Positions 25,657-35,074 are shown, numbered from the stretch's first letter. The stretch is 64,000 nucleotides of DNA from Patescibacteria group bacterium (GCA_041651095.1 JBAZJV010000006.1:8986-72985); one strand, 5' to 3'. Translations and numbers: made by a program. The notes: generated by a model from the letters alone, not told the origin.

Positions 25657-27228
25657 ATGAATCAGAAAATCATCGATTTGCAGCAATTTGTCAGCGGGAA
25701 AGCGATCGATTATTCCAAGGTGACTGATTTTACCGAGCTTAAGAGCCATTGGCAAAGCTCTTACGAATTTCCGCGGATCCAAGAATTGATTATGAAGAGG
25801 ATGCTCGAAATCTTACCGGCCGCCTTAAATGAGGCCAATATCGATCAATTACTGTCGTGGATAAATAAACACTTGGAATACTATAAAGCCAATATTTTAA
25901 TTGAAGCGCGTTTGGTTGAAATATTACCCCAAGTTTTATCTGGTATTAAAGATTTTAAGCAATTAGCTCGTTATTCTAATTCAGTTCGAACCGGTTCGGC
26001 CCCGAGTAAATTAATTTCTGATCAAATCAGCGTGGCTCTTCAGTTTTTTTCTTCAATTGAAGAGTTGCATGCCGAGCTTGAAGCCATGCAGCAGTCATCA
26101 ACGTATTTATCGGAGGGCGGCATGAGTCGCCTCCACATCAGAGAGAATGAGCTGCTTGAGCAAATTTCCGAATTTCCCAAATTGTTATCGTATTGGCGGC
26201 CGCAACCAGACGGTCAGCCGATCAAGAGCCAATTTATGATCTTGGTCGAATCCCGCGTGGAAACGGTGTTAGCCAAGATTACTGATTTGCCGTCCTTGTT
26301 AAGTTATTATCAGCAGACGCCATCTCTTAAACCTCTTGCTCAGCGGATTACTAATCTGCTGCCGTCAGTCATACCGCTTACTGAAGATTTGTCGCGGCTG
26401 ATGGACTATCTCAAGATAATCAGGCGGTATAAGGAAGAGTTTTTTCAGTCGCCCCCGAATCTTATCCAAGTCCGCCAGCTTATTGACGACCGTCTAAACG
26501 AGCTGTTACCGGACAATCTGCCCCTTATCGGATCAATGCCGGATTTATTTGATTATTATATCCTGACCAAGGGATTGTCAGGCAACAAATTAATCGAGAT
26601 CAGGCTGATCGAACTACTTAGCGAGACGTTGCCAGACATTAACGACGTCGAACCCATTCTAGCTTTTAGCCAGCAGATCAAAAAGGGGCTCAGAAGCAGT
26701 TATGAGGTCGACAAATTACTTGCCGCCAGATTGGAGAAAATAATAAAGCCGCTGTTTCTATGCGAAAGGCACTATATTTATTCTAATTTCACGGACGTTT
26801 GCGACCTGTTACCCCAAGCCGCTAACGGCTCCGCAGTACGGGCAGTAATTTGGCATAAGGCCGTAGAGGTAGCCTTAGCTTCCGGATTAGTTGATATAAC
26901 TATCATGTGGAATTGGTTACACTCTTCTGACTCCAGTGCAATTATGCTTCAGGCCGTCAAGCAGTTATTAGAGAACAGGGAGCCGGCCATTGTTGACCTG
27001 ATGGAAACATTCACCGCTTATAAAAAGATTACTCGGGAAGAGTTATTCCATACTCCGAACAGTTATAACTCTCAGCTCAGGTCCTTGATCGGAAATCACC
27101 TAGCACAAATTTTGCAGCTGATTACTAAGGAAAATATTCCCAATGATTTTATAGCTATAATCAAAGGGAATATTCCTGAAGGCCTAGAGAAGATGTTTAA
27201 AAATAAAGCCATGAATTTATTGAATTAG
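25657..27228 (+). CDS. hypothetical alpha-helical repeat protein
   Basis: ORF track starts at 25651. ATG 25657 sits 7 nt after AGGAG. There are at least 7 degenerate ~40-45-aa repeats of the type xRLxE(I/L)LPxxLxxxxDxxxLLSYY. The gene is A/T-richer than its neighbours. Confidence 0.6.
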   Translation: MNQKIIDLQQFVSGKAIDYSKVTDFTELKSHWQSSYEFPRIQELIMKRMLEILPAALNEANIDQLLSWINKHLEYYKANILIEARLVEILPQVLSGIKDFKQLARYSNSVRTGSAPSKLISDQISVALQFFSSIEELHAELEAMQQSSTYLSEGGMSRLHIRENELLEQISEFPKLLSYWRPQPDGQPIKSQFMILVESRVETVLAKITDLPSLLSYYQQTPSLKPLAQRITNLLPSVIPLTEDLSRLMDYLKIIRRYKEEFFQSPPNLIQVRQLIDDRLNELLPDNLPLIGSMPDLFDYYILTKGLSGNKLIEIRLIELLSETLPDINDVEPILAFSQQIKKGLRSSYEVDKLLAARLEKIIKPLFLCERHYIYSNFTDVCDLLPQAANGSAVRAVIWHKAVEVALASGLVDITIMWNWLHSSDSSAIMLQAVKQLLENREPAIVDLMETFTAYKKITREELFHTPNSYNSQLRSLIGNHLAQILQLITKENIPNDFIAIIKGNIPEGLEKMFKNKAMNLLN

Positions 27229-27245
27229 CCAAGAGGCTAGACAAC

Positions 27246-27274
27246 TTAAAAAGCCGTTATTGAAATAACGGCTT
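27246..27274. repeat. 29-bp inverted-repeat copy B; bidirectional hairpin terminator
   Basis: TTAAAAAGCCGTTATTGAAATAACGGCTT is the exact reverse complement of 25472-25500. It lies between the convergent 523-aa gene and the DUF212-like gene. Confidence 0.75.
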
Positions 27275-27294
27275 TTAAATTTGCTAGCTAGTTT

Positions 27295-27726
27295 CTAGAA
27301 CAGCCAGAACCCCAAAATACTGGTCAGCGTGCCGACGAGCGCGCCGATAATGACCTGGATCGGCGTGTGCCCGATATGTTCGAGCAGTTTCGGGTAGCTC
27401 CGGTCCAGGAATTCGTCTTCTTTCAGATCTTTGACCAGGATGTTCAGGGTCTTGCCGTGCTGGCCGAGATAATTACGCAGGCCGATAGCGTCCACGATGA
27501 CGATGGTCGCGAAAACGAAAGCCGCCGCGAAAATCGGCGAGCCTAAACCCAGCTTCAAGCCCAGGATGACGACCAGCGCGGTCACGACGGCGGTGTGCCC
27601 GGACGGCATATCCGAATAAGCGAAAATATCGTGCCAGGTGATCCGGTGGTCAAAGGAACGCAGGAGCACTTTAGTCCCCTGGGCCAGGATGAAGGCGACG
27701 ATGGGACAGATGAGATAAATATACAT
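27295..27726 (-). CDS. divergent PAP2 / DUF212-family membrane protein
   Basis: 143 aa. The pattern MPSGHTA...LLEHIGHTPIQV and about 4 TM segments fit the acid-phosphatase/vanadium-haloperoxidase-related family. Confidence 0.65.
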   Translation of the reverse strand: MYIYLICPIVAFILAQGTKVLLRSFDHRITWHDIFAYSDMPSGHTAVVTALVVILGLKLGLGSPIFAAAFVFATIVIVDAIGLRNYLGQHGKTLNILVKDLKEDEFLDRSYPKLLEHIGHTPIQVIIGALVGTLTSILGFWLF

Positions 27727-27757
27727 ATGATAATCTTCCGCCGGTCCGGCGGAAGGC

Positions 27758-29809
27758 TTAGATATCTAAATTTTCCACTTTCTTGGCGTGGGTCTGGATG
27801 AAATTCTTGCGCGGGGCGACATTGTCGCCCATGAGCATGTCGAAGATCTGATCGGCTTTGGCCGCGTCCTCGACCGTCACCTGCTTGACGATACGGCGTT
27901 CCGGGTCCATGGTCGTTTCCCAAAGCTGGTCCGGATTCATTTCGCCCAAACCTTTGTAGCGCTGAATGGTGATCTTGGCGCTCTTCTTGTCCGCTTCCGG
28001 GGTTTTGCCTTTCTTGCCGGCCGGCTCTTCCGTCCCTTCCACCGCCAAACTTTCGCCTTCGTCAGTCTCTTCGCCGATTTCTTCCACTTCCTGCAGGTTG
28101 CCGCCGAGTTCCTTGATGATCCGTTCCTTTTCTTCGTCGGAATAGGCATAGCGCACGGCCGCGCCTTTTTTCAGCTGATAGAGCGGCGGCTGGGCGATAT
28201 ACATGTGGCCGTTATCCAAGAGCGGCGTGAAATGCCGGAAGAACAAGGTGAGGAGCAGAGTGCGGATATGGGCGCCGTCCACGTCGGCATCGGTCATGAT
28301 GATGATGCGGTGATAGCGCAGCTTGCTGATATCGAATTGGTCGTCGATGTTGGTGCCTAAAGCGATGACCAGGTTCTTGATCTCGTTATTGGCCAGCATC
28401 TTATCCAGCCGGGCGCGCTCCACATTCAGGATTTTGCCGCGCAAGGGAAGGATCGCCTGGAATTTGCGGTTGCGGCCCTGTTTAGCCGAACCACCGGCCG
28501 AATCGCCTTCCACTATATATAGTTCGCATTCTTCCGGGTGCCGGCTGGAACAGTCGGCCAGCTTGCCGGGCAAAGTCATGCCCTCCAGGGCGCCCTTGCG
28601 CAGGATGGTCGCCCGCGCCGTGCGCGCCGCGAGACGCGCCTGAGCTGAAAGCAAACATTTGCCGATGATCGCTTCCGCTTCCTTCGGATGTTCTTCCAGA
28701 AAGGTATTGAAGCTTTCGCCGAAGACCGTTTCCACGTAGCCTTTCATTTCGGCATTCCCGAGCTTGCCCTTGGTCTGGCCTTCGAATTGAGGGTCCGGCA
28801 GCTTGACGCTGATGATGCCGGTCAGGCCTTCGCGGACATCTTCGCCGGTCAGGTTTTCCTGCTTTTCCTTGATCAGGTTCTTGTTGCGGGCGTAGTTATT
28901 GAGCACGCGGGTGAGCGCGGTGCGGAAGCCGATCATATGCGTGCCGCCTTCCGGATTATAGACGTTATTGGCGAAGGCTATGACCGTTTCGTTGAACTCG
29001 TCGTTGTACTGCAGGGCGACTTCGACCTTGCACTTCGCGATATCCTTATCGACGTAGAAGACCGTCTCGTTCTTGACGGCCTTGTTGCGGTGCAGAGATT
29101 TGATGTACGACTTGATGCCGCCTTCGAAATGGAATTTATAGCGTTTCGGACGGTGGCCGGCGCGTTCGTCGAAGATGTTGACAGTCACGCCTTTAGTGAG
29201 ATAGGCCTGCTGGCGCAGGTGGTCCAGGATCTTGCCCCAGCTGAATTCCAGCTCAGTGAAGATTGTCGCGTCGGGCTTGAAGATTATAGTCGTGCCCGTA
29301 CCCTTGGCCGGGCCGATCGCTTTTACCGGCTTTACTGGTTTGCCAGCCTTATACTCCTGCATCCAGACCTTGTCGTCGCGCCGGACTTCGGCGCGCAGAT
29401 ACTCGCTCAGCGCATTGACGACTGAGACGCCGACGCCGTGCAAGCCCGAGGAGACCTTATAACCCTCGCCGCCGAATTTGCCGCCGGCATGCAGCTTGGT
29501 CAGCACGGTCTCGAGCGCGGAAACGCCGGTTACCTTGTGCTTGTCGACCGGGATGCCGCGTCCGTTGTCGGTTTCTTCTACCATGCCGTCTTTAGTCAGA
29601 CGTACGGATATCTCAGTAGCATAGCCGGCCATGGCTTCATCAATGGAATTGTCCACCACTTCCCAGATCAGATGGTGCAATCCAGTCGCGGAGGTCGAAC
29701 CAATATACATGCCCGGACGCTTGCGCACCGGATCCAGGCCTTCTAAGACCGTGATTTGTTCCGCGCCGTAGTTACTGGAACCGCTGGTTTTTTTCAACTC
29801 TTTCGCCAT
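27758..29809 (-). CDS. gyrB: DNA gyrase subunit B
   Basis: 683 aa. Carries YGAEQITVLEGLDPVRKRPGMYIG, the GHKL ATPase motifs, the Toprim EGDSAGG motif and QRYKGLGEMNP. Confidence 0.95.
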   Translation of the reverse strand: MAKELKKTSGSSNYGAEQITVLEGLDPVRKRPGMYIGSTSATGLHHLIWEVVDNSIDEAMAGYATEISVRLTKDGMVEETDNGRGIPVDKHKVTGVSALETVLTKLHAGGKFGGEGYKVSSGLHGVGVSVVNALSEYLRAEVRRDDKVWMQEYKAGKPVKPVKAIGPAKGTGTTIIFKPDATIFTELEFSWGKILDHLRQQAYLTKGVTVNIFDERAGHRPKRYKFHFEGGIKSYIKSLHRNKAVKNETVFYVDKDIAKCKVEVALQYNDEFNETVIAFANNVYNPEGGTHMIGFRTALTRVLNNYARNKNLIKEKQENLTGEDVREGLTGIISVKLPDPQFEGQTKGKLGNAEMKGYVETVFGESFNTFLEEHPKEAEAIIGKCLLSAQARLAARTARATILRKGALEGMTLPGKLADCSSRHPEECELYIVEGDSAGGSAKQGRNRKFQAILPLRGKILNVERARLDKMLANNEIKNLVIALGTNIDDQFDISKLRYHRIIIMTDADVDGAHIRTLLLTLFFRHFTPLLDNGHMYIAQPPLYQLKKGAAVRYAYSDEEKERIIKELGGNLQEVEEIGEETDEGESLAVEGTEEPAGKKGKTPEADKKSAKITIQRYKGLGEMNPDQLWETTMDPERRIVKQVTVEDAAKADQIFDMLMGDNVAPRKNFIQTHAKKVENLDI

Positions 29810-29952
29810 ATGTGATTATTACTCTTAACAACAAAAAACTCCCGAATTTTGGGGTATTTTTGCTTGGTTTTTAAACTTATTATCTAGTATTATTTTAGCA
29901 AAAAAATAGGGAAGAAGCAAGAGCTTTTTCTTGGGCCTTTTATTGCTATAAT

Positions 29953-29981
29953 TTGACATTTATTAATAATTATGGTTTAAT
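29953..29981 (+). promoter_or_regulatory. sigma70 promoter candidate for the 62-aa ORF
   Basis: TTGACA (29953-29958), 17-nt spacer, TTTAAT (29976-29981), with TG at 29973-29974. Confidence 0.4.
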
Positions 29982-30019
29982 ATAACATTAAATATTTTTT
30001 TAACATTCTGGAGCTAAAA

Positions 30020-30208
30020 ATGAAGGATCTGTTGGTTCTTTTTATCATTGTTTTTTCCGCGGTTCTATCAGTTTCGTTAGCCGCGCTACGCAAGGGATTG
30101 ACTAGAACTTACTCCCTACATGTGCCTGAAAAATTCCTGTTCAACTGGGTTATCGTATTTTCTCTGTTAATCCTGATATGCGGTACCGTAGCGATATTTA
30201 TACCATAA
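30020..30208 (+). CDS. small hydrophobic two-TM peptide (62 aa)
   Basis: GGAG lies 6 nt upstream of the ATG. The ORF has its own promoter candidate and its own terminator (30237-30269). Two hydrophobic helices are joined by a basic loop. Confidence 0.45.
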   Translation: MKDLLVLFIIVFSAVLSVSLAALRKGLTRTYSLHVPEKFLFNWVIVFSLLILICGTVAIFIP

Positions 30209-30236
30209 AACAGAAGTCGGCGAGCCAACCAACCGG

Positions 30237-30269
30237 AAGCAGGTGACAACTATTCATCTGCTTTTTTTA
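30237..30269 (+). terminator. hairpin terminator candidate
   Basis: AAGCAG, 15-nt loop, CTGCTT, followed by a T7 run. Confidence 0.5.
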
Positions 30270-30302
30270 TATCTTTACTCCAGGTATGCTATAATATTAT
30301 AT

Positions 30303-31232
30303 ATGTCTAAAATACTCGTAACCGGCGGCGCCGGTTTTATCGGTTCCAACCTGGTCGACCGGCTGATCGCCGACGGGCATCAGGTCGCGGTTATCGACAT
30401 TCTGTCTTCCGGCCGGGAAGATTATCTGAATCCGGCCGCGACTTTTTACCAGCTTGATATCGGTTCGCCGGAAGTGGCGGCTATTTTCGCGCAATTCCAG
30501 CCGGAGGCGGTCTACCATCTGGCCGCGCAAATCGAAGTAGCCAAGTCCATGGCCGATCCGGTGAACGATAACCGGATCAACCTGCTCGGCGGACTGAACA
30601 TTTTGGAAAACTGCCGGACGCACGGCGTCAAGAAGATAATCTTTTCTTCCACCGGCGGCGCGATTTACGGCGATGCCGAAGAGATTCCGACGACCGAATC
30701 ATTCCCGCCTTATCCGGTCTCGTTCTACGGCATCCATAAGCTGGCTTTTGAAAAATATCTGAATTGCTATTATCAGGTCTACGGATTGGACTATACCATT
30801 TTACGTTTTGCCAATGTCTACGGCCCGCGCCAGTTCAAGGGCGGGGAAGCCGGCGTTATCGCCATTTTCGTGGACAACGCGGTCAAAGGGCAAGCCAGCA
30901 CGCAGTACGGCGACGGCAAGCAAACCAGGGATTTCGTCTATATAGACGACGTGGTTAACGCTCTGGCGTTAGCTAAGGACATCACCTGCCACGGCGAGGT
31001 TAATATCGGCTTAGGCGTGGAAACCGATCTCTTGCAAATTCGCGCCGCTATTGAACAAGCGCTGGGCCGGGCCATAGAGGTCAAGGAAGTTCCCGCTAAG
31101 CTCGGTGAACAGCGGCGCAGCTGCCTGAGCTGCCAGCGCGCCAAGAGCGTCCTGAATTGGGAGCCGCGCGTCACGCTCGCAGAAGGCATTAAGCGGACCA
31201 TTGAGTGGGCCGCTTCCCAAATCAAGAAATAA
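30303..31232 (+). CDS. NAD-dependent epimerase/dehydratase (UDP-glucose 4-epimerase-like)
   Basis: ILVTGGAGFIGSNL Rossmann motif and a YGIHK (YxxxK) catalytic motif. ATG 30303 is chosen, and TGCTATAAT ends 7 nt upstream of it. Confidence 0.8.
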   Translation: MSKILVTGGAGFIGSNLVDRLIADGHQVAVIDILSSGREDYLNPAATFYQLDIGSPEVAAIFAQFQPEAVYHLAAQIEVAKSMADPVNDNRINLLGGLNILENCRTHGVKKIIFSSTGGAIYGDAEEIPTTESFPPYPVSFYGIHKLAFEKYLNCYYQVYGLDYTILRFANVYGPRQFKGGEAGVIAIFVDNAVKGQASTQYGDGKQTRDFVYIDDVVNALALAKDITCHGEVNIGLGVETDLLQIRAAIEQALGRAIEVKEVPAKLGEQRRSCLSCQRAKSVLNWEPRVTLAEGIKRTIEWAASQIKK

Positions 31233-31234
31233 TT

Positions 31235-31972
31235 ATGCAAAAAACCATTATCGCCAATTGGAAAATGCAATTAAGCTACCGGGCCAGTCTGGATTTGGCG
31301 CGCGCTTATGTCCGGCAGATCAAGAACGTTAAACATGAACCGGTTTTATGTCCCGATTACCTGGCTTTACCGGATATTGCCAGACTGCTCAAGAACAGCC
31401 GCATCAAGCTCGGCGCGCAGGACAGCGCGGCTGCTCCGGCCGGCGCCTATACCGGCGAAGTTTCGCCCGCCAATCTCAAAGCGCTGGGCGCCAGTTACGT
31501 GATTTTGGGCCACAGCGAACGGCGGGAACATCTGCATGAGAATTCCGCTCTGATAAACGCCAAACTCAGGGCGGCGCTAAACGCCGGGCTGACGCCGGTC
31601 TTATGCATCGGCGAGAAGCTGATTGAGAAAGAAAACGGCGAGACTAAAAAATATTTGGCCGCGGAGCTGAAGCACGCGCTTAAAGGGGTTAAGCTGACGG
31701 GCCGCAGCCGTTTGCTCATCGCCTATGAACCGGTTTGGGCGATAAGCAGCAACCAGAACGCCAAGCCGCTCGCCGCTCAGGAAGCCGCCGCCATTCATCG
31801 CTTCATCAAACAGCGCGCGCGGGTTTTGTTGAAGAAGACCGCGCCGGTCTTATACGGCGGCAGCGTGAATGCCGGCAACGCAGCAGAGTTTCTGCGCCAG
31901 CCGGCGATAGACGGCCTCTTGATCGGCGGCGCCTCCCTTAAATTGAGAGATTTTTTTGCCATATGCCTGTAG
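31235..31972 (+). CDS. tpiA: triosephosphate isomerase
   Basis: Carries IIANWKM, ILGHSERR, IAYEPVWAI and LYGGSV. ATG 31235 follows the upstream stop (31230-31232). Confidence 0.9.
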   Translation: MQKTIIANWKMQLSYRASLDLARAYVRQIKNVKHEPVLCPDYLALPDIARLLKNSRIKLGAQDSAAAPAGAYTGEVSPANLKALGASYVILGHSERREHLHENSALINAKLRAALNAGLTPVLCIGEKLIEKENGETKKYLAAELKHALKGVKLTGRSRLLIAYEPVWAISSNQNAKPLAAQEAAAIHRFIKQRARVLLKKTAPVLYGGSVNAGNAAEFLRQPAIDGLLIGGASLKLRDFFAICL

Positions 31973-32769
31973 CCCTGCCCTGGATAATTATCACCCTTGC
32001 TTTAATCGTTATCTTGTCCATCCTGGTCAAGAAGTTTCCGGCGCTCGCCCTGCTTAACGTTTCCAGTTTGCCGGGCGAGAAAGAAGCCAAGTTCAAGGAA
32101 GAGATAATCAAGACGCGAGTGAGCCGCGATCTGGCGCTCGTGAGCGGATTTTTCGGCCGTTTTTGGCTTTGGTTTTATAAGAAATTGTCCGGTTTATTGA
32201 AAGAGCGACAGGCGCAGCTGAAGAAGGTGCGGGCCAATCACCTGGCCAATATAAAAATGCCTTGGCGGGAGAAGCAGCAGAAGATCAGGGAGCTCGCCGT
32301 CGCCGCCCAGGAAGCCATCAAGAAAGAGGACGAAGACGTTTCCGAAGAAAAGCTGCTGGAAATAGTTAGCTTGGATCAGAAGAACCGCGAAGCTTTCTTC
32401 GCTTTAGGCAATCTGTATGCCAGCCAGCGGAAATGGCCGGAAGCGCGCGAAACTTATGAGTACACCCTGAAGCTGGTGCGCCAACCCAAGATCGAAGGCG
32501 AAGCGCCGAGCGACCTCACGCCGCAGGCCGTCTATTTCGCCCTGGCCAACCTGGCCAAGGACACCGATGATCCGGACGCCGCCCTGGAAAATATCCGCGA
32601 GGCCCTGGAACTGGAGCCGAACAACCCGCGTTATCTTGATTTAATTTTGGATTTAAGTATAATGAGGAAAGATAAGGCTCTGGCCCAAGAGTCTTTGGCC
32701 AAATTAGCCGCCGTTAACCCGGAGAATCAGAAGCTGGGGGAGTGGCAGGAAAAGATCGCCAATTTATAG
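31963..32769 (+). CDS. TPR-repeat protein with an N-terminal membrane anchor
   Basis: N-terminal TM segment (WIIITLALIVILSILV). The C-terminal TPR-like helices include FALGNLYASQRKWPEARETYEYTLKL and ALENIREALELEPNNP. Confidence 0.6.
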   Translation: MPVALPWIIITLALIVILSILVKKFPALALLNVSSLPGEKEAKFKEEIIKTRVSRDLALVSGFFGRFWLWFYKKLSGLLKERQAQLKKVRANHLANIKMPWREKQQKIRELAVAAQEAIKKEDEDVSEEKLLEIVSLDQKNREAFFALGNLYASQRKWPEARETYEYTLKLVRQPKIEGEAPSDLTPQAVYFALANLAKDTDDPDAALENIREALELEPNNPRYLDLILDLSIMRKDKALAQESLAKLAAVNPENQKLGEWQEKIANL

Positions 32770-32771
32770 TT

Positions 32772-32847
32772 GCCGTTGTAGCTCAGCTGGTAGAGCATCT
32801 CCATGGTAAGGAGAAGGTCACCGGTTCAATCCCGGTCAACGGCTCCA
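32772..32847 (+). tRNA. tRNA-Thr (anticodon GGU), CCA encoded
   Basis: Acceptor GCCGTTG/CAACGGC, anticodon arm TCTCC-ATGGTAA-GGAGA, T-arm ACCGG-TTCAATC-CCGGT, then T-CCA. Confidence 0.9.
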
Positions 32848-32854
32848 TTTTTCG

Positions 32855-32879
32855 AAACACTATTTAAATAGTGTTTTTT
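32855..32879 (+). terminator. hairpin terminator after tRNA-Thr
   Basis: Perfect palindrome AAACACTATTT/AAATAGTGTTT followed by a T-run. Confidence 0.6.
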
Positions 32880-32924
32880 ATTTTATTAAATTTAGCTAAT
32901 ATCAGTAATTATTAACCTAAAACA

Positions 32925-32953
32925 TTGACAAAAATTAAAAAATAATGTATAAT
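32925..32953 (+). promoter_or_regulatory. consensus sigma70 promoter (TTGACA-17-TATAAT, TG-extended)
   Basis: TTGACA at 32925-32930, 17-nt spacer, TG at 32946-32947, TATAAT at 32948-32953. It is near-identical to 8110-8139. Confidence 0.6.
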
Positions 32954-33057
32954 GTCCTATTACATAATGAGACTCTGGATGCCCTGGCAAAAGGAGTTAT
33001 TTAACAATTGAAAACAACAAAAACAAAAATAAACCGGTCGAGGAGGACCAAAAAACA

Positions 33058-33723
33058 ATGGCTACTTCAATAATTGATTTCTTGAAACAATTTGGCATGC
33101 ATCAAGCCTTGGAGCATGCCATTAAATCCGTCTTTGACTTAGGGATGGAAAAAGTTAAAGAAGGCTTGAAAGCTAGAAATTTCGGCTTAGGCGTAAATGA
33201 TGAGCTTTTGTTCTTATCAGCTTGTTATATTGCCCAGTCTGAGTTGAACGTTTCCAGCGAAGGCATCTTATTAGTATGTCGAGCGCTTGACACACTCGCT
33301 CCTGGCGACAGGAAAAGGGTCGTCAGGATGATCGGTTCTGATGAACAGGAAAGGAATATAAAAGAACCGGCTACCGACAAATCGAGCGGAGCGCCTTTGT
33401 CTGATAAAAAGGGTAACCCATTGTATAAGGAAACAAAAATAATCGAAAATACCAGAGGTGCCCAAATAGTCAAAATGCTTGCGGATTTGAACGATATTGA
33501 AAAAATCGTTTTAGTATTCAAATCAGTCGGCGCAGACGGCCAATCATTCAATTGGGCTGAAAAAATTCTCGAAGTTAGTAAAAACGCTGTTTCGAAAGTA
33601 AAATCAAGCAATATCGTGCAAGGTATTAAGAACAATACGGAGCTTTCCTTATCTAGCTTGGAACAAGCCCTGAATAATTCTGCTCATCCAGTCAGGGATT
33701 TAATTAACTTACTTGTAAAATAA
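33058..33723 (+). CDS. hypothetical soluble 221-aa protein
   Basis: Strong SD GAGGAGGA 10 nt upstream. The gene is A/T-richer than the backbone. No family recognised. Confidence 0.55.
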   Translation: MATSIIDFLKQFGMHQALEHAIKSVFDLGMEKVKEGLKARNFGLGVNDELLFLSACYIAQSELNVSSEGILLVCRALDTLAPGDRKRVVRMIGSDEQERNIKEPATDKSSGAPLSDKKGNPLYKETKIIENTRGAQIVKMLADLNDIEKIVLVFKSVGADGQSFNWAEKILEVSKNAVSKVKSSNIVQGIKNNTELSLSSLEQALNNSAHPVRDLINLLVK

Positions 33724-33740
33724 AGATTTGGGAGATAAAA

Positions 33741-34979
33741 ATGTATTGGATAATTGGTGTAACAATCGTTTTGTTGGCCGTTGTTCGACCCACCCTATTA
33801 GTTGCTCTTTTTAATTATATAAGAAGAGCGGTTCAAGACGTGACCGGTATACTCTTACCAATATTACCGGTCTATGCCATAGGGACCCTGGCCGTTATAA
33901 TATGGCTGACAGTATTAATTATTTTAGGGGCGCTGATTAACTCCCCGGTTATTACTGGAATTTGTTTTTTGTTGTCCATCCTATTATTCTATCTGGTATT
34001 CCTTATACCGGGTTTCGTGCTTAAGATAATAGGTGTGAATGAAAGGATATTCCCATTAGCTGTTAGGACTGCTGCCGCTTGGCTGGCTTTCTTCGGTTTT
34101 TTAGGCATGTTATATTCAGATATCTTAAATATTGAATTCCTAATAGCTTTAAGTCTATTAGGCTTCATAAGTTTAGGAGTCGCCTCCAAGGCCAATTTTC
34201 TGAAATCTGTGATTTATCCATTAGTCATAGTTATGTGCGTTATCGCCGTTTGGAAATATGCCGCGCCAGATAATTTTCGGGCTATTACCAGAAATATCAG
34301 CGCTACCGGTAAGCAGATAAATTCCTCCGCCGATAGAAATAGTCTGGGCAAAGAAGCTGATGCTGCTGTAACCTATGCCTATCTTAATCGCAGCGTCTCA
34401 GTTGTTTATACAGCGGTCATTAATCAGGATGACGATGGAAATGATTACATCGCGTCCCTACAGGATGTTACAAAGCATATAAGCGACACCGTTATGGTTA
34501 AAGTATATAACCATAAAGACGAAGTGCTCACTTATCAAGGGCAGGGTTTCGTCATGATCCAGGCACCTAAGACTAACGGATCGTTCGTTAATGCCACACA
34601 ATACTGGATTGAAGCTGATTATTTAAGTTTCTTATCACCAACTGATTTGGCAGCGGAAAGAGAACAAAAAAATAGATCCAAGAGAAACGAAACAGTTTTA
34701 GCATCTCAGAACATAACCACGCCCGCTGTTACCTCTCCGATTCCTAAATTCTATGATGCCATTGGAACTTACCCCCTCGGTGTCGGTAAAGGAGAACAAA
34801 CCGGCTGGATAAACGTCGGTCCATGCCATCGCTACAATTTTTCTTCGAATTCCATTACGCTTAAATATAAAGATCGTGATAGCGTAAACGTCTGGGAAAT
34901 TAAGAAGTTACCAGATGTCTCTACTTTCAGATTAATCAACCGCGGTGATGGTCCCGTCAATCTTTTAGTAAAGTCTTAA
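33741..34979 (+). CDS. hypothetical membrane protein (N-terminal ~5-6 TM segments plus a ~230-aa extracytoplasmic domain)
   Basis: GGGAG lies 6 nt upstream. Residues 1-175 are hydrophobic and the rest is a soluble, beta-rich-looking C-terminal half. No family recognised. Confidence 0.6.
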   Translation: MYWIIGVTIVLLAVVRPTLLVALFNYIRRAVQDVTGILLPILPVYAIGTLAVIIWLTVLIILGALINSPVITGICFLLSILLFYLVFLIPGFVLKIIGVNERIFPLAVRTAAAWLAFFGFLGMLYSDILNIEFLIALSLLGFISLGVASKANFLKSVIYPLVIVMCVIAVWKYAAPDNFRAITRNISATGKQINSSADRNSLGKEADAAVTYAYLNRSVSVVYTAVINQDDDGNDYIASLQDVTKHISDTVMVKVYNHKDEVLTYQGQGFVMIQAPKTNGSFVNATQYWIEADYLSFLSPTDLAAEREQKNRSKRNETVLASQNITTPAVTSPIPKFYDAIGTYPLGVGKGEQTGWINVGPCHRYNFSSNSITLKYKDRDSVNVWEIKKLPDVSTFRLINRGDGPVNLLVKS

Positions 34980-34998
34980 AAATAGTACATTCGCTATG

Positions 34999-35027
34999 CA
35001 GGTTAATCTTCGGATTAACCTGTTTTT
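34999..35027 (+). terminator. rho-independent terminator
   Basis: CAGGTTAATC-ttcg-GATTAACCTG is a perfect 10-bp stem with a tetraloop, followed by TTTTT. Confidence 0.7.
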
Positions 35028-35074
35028 ATTTTTCCGGGTATGTTATAATATAAATAACCAATATTTATAAAAAT

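Noticed and set aside
27985-28100. A ~40-aa acidic/lysine-rich insertion (EVEEIGEETDEGESLAVEGTEEPAGKKGKTPEADKK) before the QRYKGLGEM motif of GyrB.
   Set aside because: Lineage-specific insertions at this position of GyrB are common. It contains no intein or extra-domain motifs.
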